DNA of 64,000 bases, from positions 53,258,001-53,322,000 of the forward strand of contig OZ024747.1 in the NCBI GenBank assembly GCA_964016885.1, written 5' to 3'. The notes beneath the pieces are model-generated. The model had not been told where the DNA came from. It saw nothing but the letters and a program-made list of their open reading frames with translations, and made no database searches. The DNA is from Eledone cirrhosa. Lineage: Eukaryota. Below, piece by piece: positions 43,165-56,097 of this stretch. A program made the translations under genes and the position numbers. The first letter of the stretch is position 1. Each line of letters opens with the position of its first letter.

Positions 43165-43928
43165 ATATACTTGACCCCCTATTCTCATCTAATATCCCTA
43201 AACGCTTCTTCTCTATCCTATCTAAACATTCCCCCCTAACCATAGATATTACAAACTCTTTAATAAAATAACATTAAAATCTCATTCTCCACAACACCTA
43301 ACCTAGCTAGCCACATCGCATTCAGTAACCATCATAAACTAAGACAGTATAACTCCCACACCGCGTACCACCACCCCTATCAAATACACCACGCCACTAC
43401 ACCAATACTTACTCTAGTAGCACACCTCCCCCATCTAATCCTTCTAACACTAACCAACCGCTTAAGTTAAACTACCCTACTTTCACTAACCACAGAAGCA
43501 ACTGCAACTGCCGTTACCCTAATGCATGCCCACTAAATGGACACTGCCTGACACCCAACATAGTCTGCACGGTTAAAACTGCTTCGAATACCAGCTCCTA
43601 TATCGGGTCTACCTCTAACCCTTTTAAGGTACGCTGTAACGCGCACTCTTTTTCCTTCCGTGACCCTAACAACAGATGTTAGACATCTCTAGCTAGGCTC
43701 ATTAAAAACCTTAAATTAACCAACATTGAACACTCACTAACATGGGATATCTTAGCTAGGGCCCAACCGTTCAATGGACGAAGAAAATCTTGTGATATCT
43801 GTATTACCGAAGCATACTACATAACTCTATCACGACCTCTACCGATTAACGATAGAACGGAGGTAACTATTAGCTGTCAACATCGAAGGGCTAATTCCTT
43901 CGCCAACAGAATATTTGACCCAAAGTAG
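43165..43928 (+). pseudogene. Penelope-like (Neptune-type) GIY-YIG remnant
   Basis: NCNCRYPNACPLNGHCLTPNIV..CTVK..SYIGSTSNPFKVR..WDIL..CDICITEAYYI, with stops. Confidence 0.85.
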
Positions 43929-44301
43929 TCATCTAGCCCCATTTTTACTTGTAGCTAATAAGTTAAATAGCTATAACTAACTTAGATAATTATAAGTTAC
44001 CTCCCCTACATTGTCTCTCAATTAAAAAATTAAAAAATTAGCACTTAACTATAAACTACCCACAATTTCTAATCTCTCGAGGAGTTACTTCCCCTGAAAC
44101 CACCCTCTAATTAGTAAAGTAAATATGTCCATTGGCGGCCATCTTGTTACCCATAGGCAGATCTCATGCAATGCAGCCAGAAGAATACTGCTTGATTATG
44201 GCAGACAATTGATACACCCAGGACACCATAATGAAACACCAATATATGGAACATTATATTATGTAACATTCTTTCCTTATTTTAATTTATATTCCTTTGA
44301 A

Positions 44302-44420
44302 GTTCCGATAAGCCGCTCTATCTTTAACTATGTTAATTATTTTCAACTGAACCAGATCAATAATGATATATAGTCATTTGATCCAGAAATATTATATGGA
44401 GTAGCGAAACAATTGTAAAC
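44302..44420 (+). ncRNA. Degenerate HHR with long stem II
   Basis: GTT-CCGATAA-GCCGCTCT...GGAGTAGC-GAAA-CAATTG-TA-AAC, downstream of the PLE remnant. Confidence 0.35.
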
Positions 44421-44731
44421 GGACATTATTATTATTAATATCATTATTATTATTATTCTCTACATTCCTTACATCAAACTAAAATATGTTGACAATCTTT
44501 TAATAATGTCTTCCTTGTGAAATTCGTGGTCTTGTTTTGCTTAACTAATGAATATTTCCAGCTCTGCGCATTTAACTTCTGCATGAACCCAGCCACCTAG
44601 CTGCTTTCCACTGCATATTGCACATTGAGCACATGCCTTTACGCTTTGGCTTCTAACTAATTCACCAATCTCTCCTCTCCTATCTCCTCTCCTCTCTCCA
44701 TCTCTCTCTTTAAGATTAGTTACTCTTGAAT

Positions 44732-44763
<32 letters not shown>

Positions 44764-44960
44764 ACGAAGGAAATGTGGTAAGGAACCAGATGGACCATAA
44801 CGCACCAAAGTACTCAATACTTAAGGTAGTAGAGTGGGTAATAGGAACAAGTATGGCCCCGACAGCAGAGCTCAAGCCGTTTCGACCACTAATTCTGGAC
44901 AGTCCAGAATTAGCCGTCGAAACGGCTTGAGCTCTGCCGTCGGAGTCATACTTGTTCCTA
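44764..44960 (-). mobile_element. Hairpin+tail element, copy 7
   Basis: Homologous to 2989-3185. Confidence 0.9.
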
Positions 44961-44969
44961 TATATATAT

Positions 44970-46410
44970 ATAATATAAGATCAAAAAATGGTTAAAGGAG
45001 TTCCATGTATTTTATTATGCGCATTTCAAAAACAAACATCATCATGCAATAATATTTGTGTTTTCATCAGATAAAACAGGAGAACATGATATGAAGGCTA
45101 AAAAACACTTGTGGATAGTGCAGTTTTAAATCAACATATGAAAAGTGGTTTTAGATTGATGTGTGATATTGGGAAAAATATTTTATTTAGAGAGGGGGGT
45201 GGTGGAAAGGATGAAAAAGGGGAGGAGATGAGAGTGAAGGTGGAGAGGGAGAGATGGGTGATAGAGAGAAAGAGATAGTTTTTATAACTGAGAGAAGATA
45301 TATTGTTTTACATAGAGAGGTTGAAAACCGTTGGAAGATAATGTATAAATTAAAAGAATTTGAAAATTAACGAAGGGAAAAATATGTACGAGGAAAAAAA
45401 TATTTTATTTAGGGAGGGGTGGTGGAAAGGATGAAAAAAGGGGGAGGAGATGAGAGTGAAGGTGGAGAGGGAGAGATGGGTGATAGAGAGAAAGAGATAG
45501 TTTTTATAACTGAGAAAAGATATATTGTTTCACACAGAGAGGTTGAGAACCGTTGGAAGATAATGTATAAATTAAAAGAATTTGAAAATTAACGAAGGGA
45601 AAAATATTTACGAGGAAAGAGAGGGAGTTTATGTATGAAGATAGAGAGAAAAAATAATAATTTCGGATGAATATTCTAACGTCAAAAAGGTGTATGTTGA
45701 TAAGTATTGTGGCAATTTCAAAATTAACGAAGAGAAAAAATTATTAAGGTTTGTGTGTAGAAGGATTTGAGAAAAATAATGTGAAGTTAAAGTTTGTATA
45801 TTGAAGGAATTGATAATATGTGCGAAGAAAGAGTTAATATGTATTAACAAATTATTAAGGAATGTGTATTAGATGATTTGAGAAAAATAATGTGAAGTTA
45901 AGGTTTGTATATTGAAGGAGTTGATAATATGTGCGAAGAAAGAGTTAATATGTATTAAGAATGAGTTCGTTGATGGGGAGAAAAAAATAATAAATTAAGG
46001 ATGAAATTGAGATTAAAAGTTTTATGATAGAGAGAAAAAATAATAATAATTGCGGATGAATATTCTAACGTCAAAAAAACAAATGTATATGTTATGAAGG
46101 ATTTTACAAGGTGAAGATAGAATGAGGGTAAAGAGTAAACAAGTATTATAGAGTGTATAATGCCCTTTGAAGTAAGGTAGGAAGATGGGTATATTTTAAA
46201 GAGGCGTATGTATATGTGCCTTTGAGAAAAGATTCTAAATTGATAAAGAATTGAATATTAGCTGTATACTTTGTGAAAAGTCCTATGGAATTTATGCAGG
46301 CAGATAGAAAACAAATCTGTACGTCTATTTATTATAGAATCTAGATTAGAGATAATGGTAAATTTTTCATTTAGGCAGAGATTACAGATTTTAGATAGAG
46401 AGCTGTTCAA
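44970..46410 (-). mobile_element. 5'-truncated PLE (same family as 5400-8160)
   Basis: 46240-46400 matches the GIY-YIG end at 6910-7075; 44975-45370 matches 7740-8158; internal tandem duplications. Confidence 0.88.
45008..45078 (-). ncRNA. Minimal hammerhead ribozyme
   Basis: TGTTTTAT-CTGATGA-stem II-GAAA-TGCGCA-TA-ATAAAATA; differences from the 8054 copy keep pairing through G-U. Confidence 0.88.
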
Positions 46411-46424
46411 GTATGAGGATGCAG

Positions 46425-46518
46425 TATATTATCTATACTCCAGTCCTACAAACTGTAGAGTGCTTCTTATCCGATATCTGCATTGCTTTATTGTACTACA
46501 ATAAAACTCACCTCCTAC

Positions 46519-46519
<1 letters not shown>
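46425..46519 (+). mobile_element. Inverted 3' tail segment abutting the truncated PLE
   Basis: Homologous to 5290-5378. Confidence 0.75.
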
Positions 46520-46580
<61 letters not shown>

Positions 46581-46798
46581 TAAGTTAAACATGTACATCC
46601 ACACATGTATACTGAAATACTAGTATGCATATGAATACACACACGTGTACATATGTAGATGTACCGAGTTTTTCACTGGTCACTTTACTGTGAGTGTCCA
46701 GCTATTCTGTATGTAAACACACAGACAAACCGGTTTTTAGAGTCATACTGGTTTTTGAGGAAACACCTTTCCTCTATTCTCCAGAAAGCCAGACAAGG

Positions 46799-46843
46799 AA
46801 TATTGGACTAGTTTCGATGTTGTTACATCTCATCAGCAATATT
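46799..46843 (-). ncRNA. Minimal type-I hammerhead ribozyme
   Basis: AATATTG-CTGATGA-GATGT(AACA)ACATC-GAAA-CTAG-TC-CAATATT. Confidence 0.92.
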
Positions 46844-47264
46844 TACCTATCTTCCGGCCTTTCTAGAGAATCGTAAAAGCACATATCGTTATATGCTTTT
46901 TCTATGAAAATTAGTAGTGGGCAGACTAATTTGCATAGAGCGTGAGTACGTACCGGTTCAACGGAGACGATAAAAACAAATAACGAAACGAAATTAAATT
47001 TCGTTTCGTTTGTAACTCACTTTTGTATGACTGACGCTTAAACAATTAAGTTAAAAATGTACATCCACATATGTATACTGAAATACTAGTATGCATATGA
47101 ATACACACACGTGTACATATGTAGATGTACCGAGTTTTTCCCTGGTCACTTTACTGTGAGTGTCCAGCTATTCTGTATGTAAACACACAGACAAACCGGT
47201 TTTTAGAGTCATACTGGTTTTTGAGGAAACACCTTTCCTCTATTCTCCAGAAAGCCAGACAAGG

Positions 47265-47309
47265 AATATTGGACTAGTTTCGATGTTGTTACATCTCATC
47301 AGCAATATT
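47265..47309 (-). ncRNA. Minimal type-I hammerhead ribozyme (second tandem copy)
   Basis: Identical to 46799-46843. Confidence 0.92.
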
Positions 47310-47336
47310 TACCTATCTTCCGGCCTTTCTAGAGAA

Positions 47337-47470
47337 TTAGCAGAGTCGTTAAGACATCGGATAGAATACTTTACGGTATTCGTCCCACCAGATTGTATGC
47401 TCTGAGTTCAAATCCTGGTGTGGTCAACATTGCCTTTCATCCTTTCGAGATCAATAAAAAAAAGTACCAG
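47337..47470 (+). mobile_element. tRNA-derived SINE
   Basis: GAGTTCAAATCC B-box and GCCTTTCATCCTTTCG core. Confidence 0.75.
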
Positions 47471-47950
47471 TCCAGTAGAAAAAATCGACTGTTTTCAGAC
47501 CTGGAGAGGGTTGATCTCCGCCAGGTTCAAAAGTGCCCTAGACACACCATATAACGGTGCCTCTACGACTCCACAAGGACTTATGGGATATTCATCCTTT
47601 ATCCTTTTATATATATATATATATATATTAGAAAGTGAGGTTCTTTTTACAAAATGAAAAATAACCGAGGTGTCCTACACGAGTGAAAGTATAAAGAAAA
47701 AAAGATGAAATCGAAATTGCAGAGAAAAACTACAGACCCTCCATCTCAACTCTACTTTTGAAAAGCAGAAGAACTGCGAAACCGGTAAAGGAACCAAATA
47801 AATATATATATTTAAAAAAAAAATAAGACTCCAATTGCATTTTCGATTTCATCTTTTTTCTTTATATATATATATAAAATCAACTTTTCAAATACAAGTC
47901 GATGTTGAACGGTATGTCAAATCTATTTATCTATAAAACTGTCTATATTG

Positions 47951-48016
47951 TATTTTGTCTGAGGAAGGCATAGCATATTGTTAATATGATATCCCTGAAA
48001 TATATATAATGAAATA
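47951..48016 (+). ncRNA. Minimal hammerhead ribozyme in a tail-less pLTR end
   Basis: TATTTTGT-CTGAGGA-AGG..CATATT/AATATG..CCT-GAAA-TATATA-TA-ATGAAATA. Confidence 0.8.
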
Positions 48017-48056
48017 AATATGGTTTTATAAATATAGTTTCCATTTATTTAATATC

Positions 48057-48118
<62 letters not shown>

Positions 48119-48302
48119 ATATGAGTGTGAGAAGTCATGGAAGCATCAATGGAAACATCATTGTAAATACAGCAAAAGAGTCATCTTTTAAGCAAGGGTA
48201 ACATTCACATGATATTGGGCAAAAGATCTTCTCTGAGGTGAATGGTCACTAAGTTTCTCAAGTTTATTACTGTTAACATCAATAAATCTGGAGAACATAG
48301 AT

Positions 48303-48500
48303 AATTGTCTCTACTTTTTTGGCACAAGGCCAGCAAATTACCCAGTACATTACTGGTACTTTATTTTATCGACCCCCCCCCCCCGTAAGGATGAAAGGCA
48401 AAGTGAATCTCGGCGGGATTTGAACTCAGACCGTAAAGGGACGTAACTATGCTGGAAAGCATGGCGTCCGACTCTATACCGATACTGCCAATCCACCGCC
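48303..48500 (-). mobile_element. tRNA-derived SINE with TSD
   Basis: Full length; flanking direct repeat CTGGAGAACATAGATAAT. Confidence 0.9.
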
Positions 48501-48583
48501 TGGAGAACATAGATAATGTTAAGCTTTCAAATGATTAAATGAATCCAAGTAAGTTTCACCAAATGATATTGATGCTTTCTCCA

Positions 48584-48641
<58 letters not shown>

Positions 48642-49152
48642 CCTATCTCTCTCTCTATCAGTTTTTCCATGCTTGCATGGTTTGGACAGGTCTTTCTCAA
48701 CACAGCATCTCTCCACTCATCACATTCCTTCATCAACCTATTTGTGAATTTCAGGGATTTGAGGTCAGTTCTCACCACCTCTGTTCTGATTTTCTTGGTC
48801 TACTTCTACTGCGACTACTTTACATTGGCATATTTCCTGGCACCACTTAAACATATCAGTCATCATCTCTGCACATCACATGTCTATACCAATGCAGTCA
48901 TCACTCCTGCACACCACCTTGGATTCCTCTGAAACTCAGCTTCTTCTTCAGTTCCCACAACCTCTCTCTTTCGGTCTCATACATTGGACACCCAATGAAG
49001 CATGGCTGCTTCATTTCTCTCCAATCTACACGTCTTTACAAGTCACAGCCCAAGTTTCACTACCAGTAAGCATGAATTTTGCATCATGCAGGCATCATAC
49101 AGTCACCCCTTTGTATGCAGACAGAATCTGTACATATATAAATATATACTTA

Positions 49153-49196
<44 letters not shown>

Positions 49197-49818
49197 GGGA
49201 GAAAAAACGATTATTAAGAAGAAACATTTTTTTTTTTACTTATTTTTTTCTCTTTTATTTCTGGGTTAGAAAATGTTTAAAACAAAATATTTGACTATGT
49301 GAAGTGTTAAGGTATTAGTTTATTTATTAATTAATAACAGCATTTATTTATATATTTATTTATTTATTTAATATATATATATATATATAATCTCCCGAGC
49401 CTAGCAATTAATTAGTTAATTCTATTAGACAATTCTATTGACTAATTAATTGCTTAAGTTTATTTTAAAAACAACCCAGTCGAGAGCTTAATTCGACTTG
49501 TGCAGTTTTTTTGCAATTCTTGCAATAATTTTACACATTTTGAATGCAACCGCAAAAAACCGGGTTACCACACTTGCAGGTCAAACACCTGGGGTCATCA
49601 CCCCACCATTACTACAGCATTGAACCCGCTGGCCATCTGCTGGCCGTCTGTTGACGAAAATACCTATTGACGAAATGGCAGCCTTGTTTGATCGTTATAC
49701 CAAAAGCTTACAACGAAAGCAGGCAGTATAATTGATTCAGTTGTCACAGAAACCTCCCACTGGATTATAATCCAGGAGATCCAGGTAAATTCTTTTGTTA
49801 ACCTGTTTAGCTTGCTTC

Positions 49819-49850
<32 letters not shown>

Positions 49851-50022
49851 GGGCTCCGGTGGCTGATAACTTCATGACCACCGTTTTCATTTTGTCCGGC
49901 CCCTATAACGTATGTTAATTGCTCTGGTCTTCTTTTAGTCCATTGAGCGCTTGCCGCATTTCTCGAAAATTGCGTTTCGCTTTGTTTTTGACCACAACCG
50001 AAATACGATCTCGCTGAAATTA

Positions 50023-50064
<42 letters not shown>

Positions 50065-50329
50065 TATATACATATTCAGTGTGGATTAGGTGTTTTTTGT
50101 CATGTCATCAACATGACCTATATATATATATATATATAGGTCATATTGATGAAATGACAAAAAACACCGAATCCACACGGTAAATGTGGTTGGTATTAAG
50201 AAGGACATCAAGCTGTAGACGGCAAGCAAGAAAGAGTTCTGTATAAGCTAGACATGGTCTTCTCAATTGGACAACTGATCTAACCCAAGCCAACGTGGAA
50301 AATGGACAGTAAACAGCGATGATGATAAA

Positions 50330-50506
50330 AATTGTTTCTACTTTTTGGCACAAGGCCAGCAATTACCCAATACATTACTGGTACTTTATTTTATCGACCC
50401 CGTAAGGATGAAAGGCAAAGTCAACCTCGGCGGGAATTGAACTCAGATCGTAAAGGGACGTAACTATGCTGGAAAGCATAATCCAACCCTCTACGGATAC
50501 TGCCAA
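50330..50506 (-). mobile_element. tRNA-derived SINE
   Basis: Same family as 14883-15072. Confidence 0.88.
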
Positions 50507-50577
50507 TTGATGATAATAATGATGATGATATATATATATATATATATATGTGAGTGTGTGTGTGTATGTGTATGCAC

Positions 50578-50609
<32 letters not shown>

Positions 50610-50716
50610 ATGTGTGTATATATATATATATATATACCATCTTTGGGCCATAGACCAAATAATTGTTAGATATGTTATATATGTTCACTGTTTATGAAAA
50701 TAAAGTTAAATAGCTT

Positions 50717-50764
<48 letters not shown>

Positions 50765-50888
50765 AGTTTATGTGCACGTGTGTTGTTCCTCCTTCCCACA
50801 CTCTATACACAAAAACACACAATCACCCACCCACATATATACATACATGCATGCATGTATAAATACATACAGACACACACACATATAT

Positions 50889-50925
<37 letters not shown>

Positions 50926-50953
50926 GTGTATATATATCTATATATATATATAC

Positions 50954-51015
<62 letters not shown>

Positions 51016-51099
51016 CGTATTTTATGTTTGTGAATTAATAAACAACAATCTTCTAACACATTTATTATTAATATATGTTTTGGTGCCGGTTTGATTGGG

Positions 51100-51530
51100 T
51101 GTATGTATGTGTCCATGTTTAGATGTGTGTATATGTGAGACAGAGTGTGTGGTTTGTGTGTGTATGTGTCCATGTTTAGATGTCGTGTATATGTGAGACA
51201 GGGTGTGTGTTTGTGTGTGTATGTGTCCATGTTTAGATGTGTGTATATGTGAGACAGAGTGTGTGTTTGAGTTTGTATGTGTCCATGTTTATATGTGCGT
51301 ATGTCTCAGACAGTTTGTGTTTGTTTGTGTATGTGTCCATGTTTAGATGTGTGTATATGTGAGACAGAGTGTGTTTGTGTGTGTATGTGTCAATGTTTAT
51401 ATGTGTGTATATGTGAGACAGAGTGTGTGTTTGTGTGTGTATGTGTCCATGTTTATATGTGTGTATATGTGAGACAGAGTGTGTGTTTGTGTGTGTATGT
51501 GTCCATGTTTATATGTGTGTATATGTGTAT
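51100..51530. repeat. ~58-bp TG-rich minisatellite
   Basis: Recurrent GTCCATGTTTAKATGTGTGTATATGTGAGACAGAG. Confidence 0.9.
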
Positions 51531-51663
51531 AAATTTATGTAGTAATATTAATAGATTTACACTATTAATGACAAAATGAAAAAGTAGCGTGAGAAGAACA
51601 AATGAGGATTGTTAGTGGTGAAAAACTGTAATAGCCCCCCCCCCCCCCCCCCACACACACACA

Positions 51664-51709
<46 letters not shown>

Positions 51710-51852
51710 CATATATATATACATATGTACGTATGGGTTATATTGAACAATAATAATAATGTTTGATTCATTTCTAAACAAATGAGCCGATTAGAAGCTG
51801 TGCCAGGCTGGTGACCAATCGTCACCTGTTTGTTAAACACTGGCTTTGAGGA

Positions 51853-51895
51853 ACAATCAATATGTTTCTGGGTCATTACCCTTCATCAAGACTGT
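51853..51895 (-). ncRNA. Decayed minimal hammerhead
   Basis: ACAGTC-TTGATGA-AGGGT(AATG)ACCCA-GAAA-CATA-TT-GATTGT. Confidence 0.4.
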
Positions 51896-51919
51896 ATAAC
51901 TCTGCCAGTCTGTTAAAGG

Positions 51920-52065
51920 ATTTGGGACCTCGATGGCTGAGCTCCTGCCATTTCAACAGTTATTTCCGAACTAGATATAGCTGTTGAAACAGCAGGAGAT
52001 CAGCTGTTGAGGTCCCAAATCCTTCATATTACCACATTCTACTACCCCAAGTATTGAGTACTCTG
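51920..52065 (+). mobile_element. Hairpin+tail element, old diverged copy 8
   Basis: Palindrome 51920-52020; tail CTACTACCCCAAGTATTGAGTACT. Confidence 0.75.
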
Positions 52066-52079
52066 CAGAGTAAAGGTCT

Positions 52080-52630
52080 AACAGGTTTTTTCTGCATCCA
52101 TTCTGATTTATATATGTATGTTCAAAAACGAAAGAGAGGCGGTTTTCCTCTGTACAGTGTCTATGGTGAAAGAGGTTATATGGTGGACAAGATTGAGAGG
52201 ACTGAGGATAGATGCCTTTCTCTCCGGACAACAATTGATTCCCTTCTTTAAGTATCACTTTAGAAGAAGAATCAGAATGGAGAGAGAGGCACTGCACCCC
52301 AGTAAATTTACTGAAAGGTGGGTGAATGAAGCGAAAATGGCCCGAGTGATTGGGCCTTCTCTGTTTATAAGCCTGTAAGTTAAAGAAGAGAGCAAAAGGA
52401 AGAAAAGAGCACTTGCACAACACGCTCCTGAAGTTGAGGGTTGTTCTATCGACGGGGTATTAAACAACTCATTTGTGCCCCCCCCCCCTATTGGGGATTT
52501 CGATTGTTATAATTGTTTGTTTCAATATTTTTACACGACTGTATGTAAAATCCCCGGCATGTGTCTTTGTATTGTCCCCTTTTCTTGTGCGCCCTTGTGG
52601 CAAATAAAGAAATCTATCTATCTATCTATC
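52080..52630 (+). pseudogene. L1/Tx1-like LINE 3' end
   Basis: ORF2 C-terminal pattern VKEVIWWTR...F..RW; 3'UTR ending AATAAAGAAA(TCTA)n. Confidence 0.65.
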
Positions 52631-52642
52631 TATATATATAAT

Positions 52643-53112
52643 AATTATAATGAAATGACAGGAGGCTGGATTTGTGTAAATCCTTGAAAGGTTTATTATA
52701 TCAATGACCGGGTTCCGTATGAATCCGGTGATATCATCAGGTATTCGAAATATAATCGCTCCAGAGCGACCGGCTGAGGTTGAAGGAACAGAATAGCGGT
52801 CGCCCTCGGGTCCTCGATTTTCAGCCCCATGGATTCCATTACATTCACGTAATATATTTTGAATACCTGATGATATCACCGGATTCATACGGAACCCGGT
52901 CATTGAACTGATCATAGTATAATAAACCTTTCAAGGATTTACACAAATCCAGCCTCCTGTCATTTCATTATAATATTTAACTCCGTAATAGCACCACCAA
53001 CTACAAAAACAAAGACGGTTGAACTGCCTTACGTTGAGTACTCTCTATATTATTGCATTACGATTGACCATACGGAATAGACCAGCTCTATACAGTGGTG
53101 AACCTCAAACCG
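52643..53112 (+). mobile_element. Inverted pLTR pair + tail with variant HHR
   Basis: Arms ~52643-52752 and 52854-52974; ATAC-CTGATGA-stem II-GAAC-TGATCA-TA-GTAT at 52863-52920; tail ACTC (52980)...GAGTACT (53036). Confidence 0.7.
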
Positions 53113-53172
53113 GAATATATATATATATATATAATTCACAGAATAATCAAAACTATGTTCAAAACATTTTAT

Positions 53173-53219
53173 TGCTGACAATCGTTTCTTCCAAACTTTC
53201 GTTTGGAATCATCGGAGCA
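53173..53219 (-). ncRNA. Minimal hammerhead, core variant CCGAUGA
   Basis: TGCT-CCGATGA-TTCCAAAC(GAAA)GTTTGGAA-GAAA-CGATTG-TC-AGCA; decayed relative at ~11915-11996. Confidence 0.65.
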
Positions 53220-53277
53220 CTAGCAAAGTTTAGACATATAATTAACCTCCTATACCACAGAACAATAATAAAGATAC

Positions 53278-53345
<68 letters not shown>

Positions 53346-53839
53346 GTTATTTTATTGTTTTCCTGGTTTCAGCCATTACACAGTAGCCATCATTAGGCAC
53401 TGCCTTCATTCAGTTGATAATTAAAACAACTATACTTATTTTCTGGTAAGAGTATGTGTATGTGTTTATGTGTGTGTGTTTATGTGTGTGTGTTTATGTG
53501 TGTATGTTTATGTGTATGTGTTTATGTGTATGTGTTTATGTGTATGTGTTTATGTGTGTGTGTTTATGTGTATGTGTTTATGTGTGTGTTTATGTGTTTT
53601 ATGTGTGTGAGAAAGTTGGGGTACAAAATGGGAGAGAATAAGGGAGTAAGGAGAAGGGAAAAGAAAGGGGTTGTAATATATAACAGCTACAGGCTTCCAC
53701 CCTTAGGGAACAAACAAAGAGGTAGTTTAACATCTACCTGTAAATTCAGCCCCATACCCAGCCACACCTTCAGACCCCCACCCATCCTCTTCACTACTAT
53801 CTTGTGTTTCTACCTGTTGGTTCAGCTTCCAGTACCATT

Positions 53840-54555
53840 ATCCCTCTCCCATAACCCCCCCCCCCCCCCCCCCCTCCCACCTCTACCTTCTCCTCCCATC
53901 CATAACACCTCCCTCTCCCATCTCCCCTCTACTTTCCCCTTATCCATAACACCTTCCTCTCCCTCTCCCTCTCCCACCCCCTCTACCTTCCCCTCACATC
54001 CATAACACATCCCTCTCCCTCTCCCATCTCCCCTCTACCTCCCCCTCATCCATAACACCCCCCCTCCCTATCCCACCCCCTCTACATTCCCCTCGCATCC
54101 ATAACACCTCCCACTCCCTCTCCCTCTCCCATCCCCCCTCTACTTTCCCCTCATCCATAACACCTTCCTCCCCCTCCCTCTCCCACCCCCTCTACCTTCC
54201 CCTCACATCCATAACACCTCCCACCCCTCTCCCTCTCCCATCCCCTCTACCTCCCCTCATCCATAACACCTCCACCTCCCATCTCCCCCTCTACCTTCCC
54301 CTCATCCATAACACCTCCCTCTCCCATCTCCCCCTCTACCTTCCCCTCATCCATAACACCTCCCGCTCCCTTTCCCCCACCCTCTACCTTCTCACATCCA
54401 TAACACCTTCCTCTCCCTCTCTTATCTTCCCCTCTACCTTCTCCTCACATCCATAACACCTCACTCTCCCTCTCCCATCCACCCCCTCTACCTTCCCCTC
54501 ACATCCACAACCCCCCCAATCTCCCCCTCTACCTTCTTCTCATCCATAACCTGCC
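53840..54555. repeat. C-rich ~45-55-bp minisatellite
   Basis: Recurrent CCTCTACCTTCCCCTCATCCATAACACC. Confidence 0.9.
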
Positions 54556-54699
54556 CCCAACCTTCTCCTGTACCCTTAACTTACACATGTTACCCTACTG
54601 TGGATCTATTGTAAACCTGAGTCATCTACCTGTACAACATACACACACCTGCTCAACATACCCCCCTCACTACACAGCCCCACCCTGCTACCATCATTG

Positions 54700-56005
54700 C
54701 CATTAGCTCCATTGCCACCAACACCACCATACCCCCACCACCACCATCACAATCACCAATACAACCATCACTACTACCACCAACAACACCACCACCAACA
54801 CCAGCATCACTACTACCACCAACACCACCAACAACACCACTATCACCAACAACACCAACACTACCACAATTACCACCACCATACCACCACCACAAACACA
54901 ACCATCACTACTACCACCAACACCACAAACAACACCAACACTACCACAATTACCACCACCATACCACCACCACAAACACAACCATCACTACTACCACCAA
55001 CACCACAAACAACACCAACACTACCACAATTACCACCACCATACCACCACCACAAACACCACCATCACTACTACCACAAACACCACCACAATCACCAACA
55101 CCACCATACCACCACCACCATACCACCACCACAAACACCACCATCACTACTACCACCAACACCACCAACAACACCAACACTACCACAATTACCACCACCA
55201 TACCACCACCACAAACACAACCATCACTACTACCACCAACACCACCAACAACACCAACACTACCACAATTACCACCACCATACCACCACCACCATACCAC
55301 CACCACAAACACAACCATCACTACTACCACCAACACTACCACAATTACCACCACCATACCACCACCACAAACACAACCATCACTACTACCACCAACACCA
55401 CCAACAACACCACTATCACCAACAACACCAACACTACCACAATTACCACCACCATACCACCACCACAAACACCACCATAACTACTACCACCAACACCACC
55501 AACAACACCACTATCACCAACAACACCAACACTACCACGATCACCACCACCATACCACCACCACCACCAACACCACCATCACTACTGCCACCGACACCAC
55601 CACAATCACCACCACCACCAACACCACCATCACTACTGCCAACAACACCTCTATCACTACTGCCACCAACACTACCACAATCACCACCACCATAATGCCA
55701 CCTCCAACACTACCACAATCACCACCACCACCATACCGCCACCACCAACACCCCCATCACTACTACCACCAACACCACCATGCCACCACACCACCACCAA
55801 CACCACCATCACTACTACCACCAACACCACCACAATCACCAAGGCCACCATACCACCACCACCAACACTACTCCTACCATCCACACCACCACAATTGCCA
55901 CCACCATAAACATAGTCAACACCATACCACCATCATTACAACCACCGCTACCAACACCACAATGACCACTACCACCCACACCACCACAATCACCACCATC
56001 ATCAC
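54700..56005. repeat. (CAC/CAA)n-based compound repeat
   Basis: Trinucleotide base with a higher-order unit. Confidence 0.9.
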
Positions 56006-56097
56006 AGGCCCCTATTTCTCACCTGCTTTGAATATGTATGTATGTTTGTATATTTATATATATGCATGTATATATGTTTGATTATATATATATACAT

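Larger units (their letters stand above)
46576..47336 (-). mobile_element. Retrozyme-like partial tandem (466-bp period)
   Basis: 46576-46870 repeats at 47042-47336; each repeat has an HHR; no credible ORF. Confidence 0.8.

Noticed and set aside
54697-55695. 332-aa Pro/His/Thr ORF
   Set aside because: (CAC)n compound repeat
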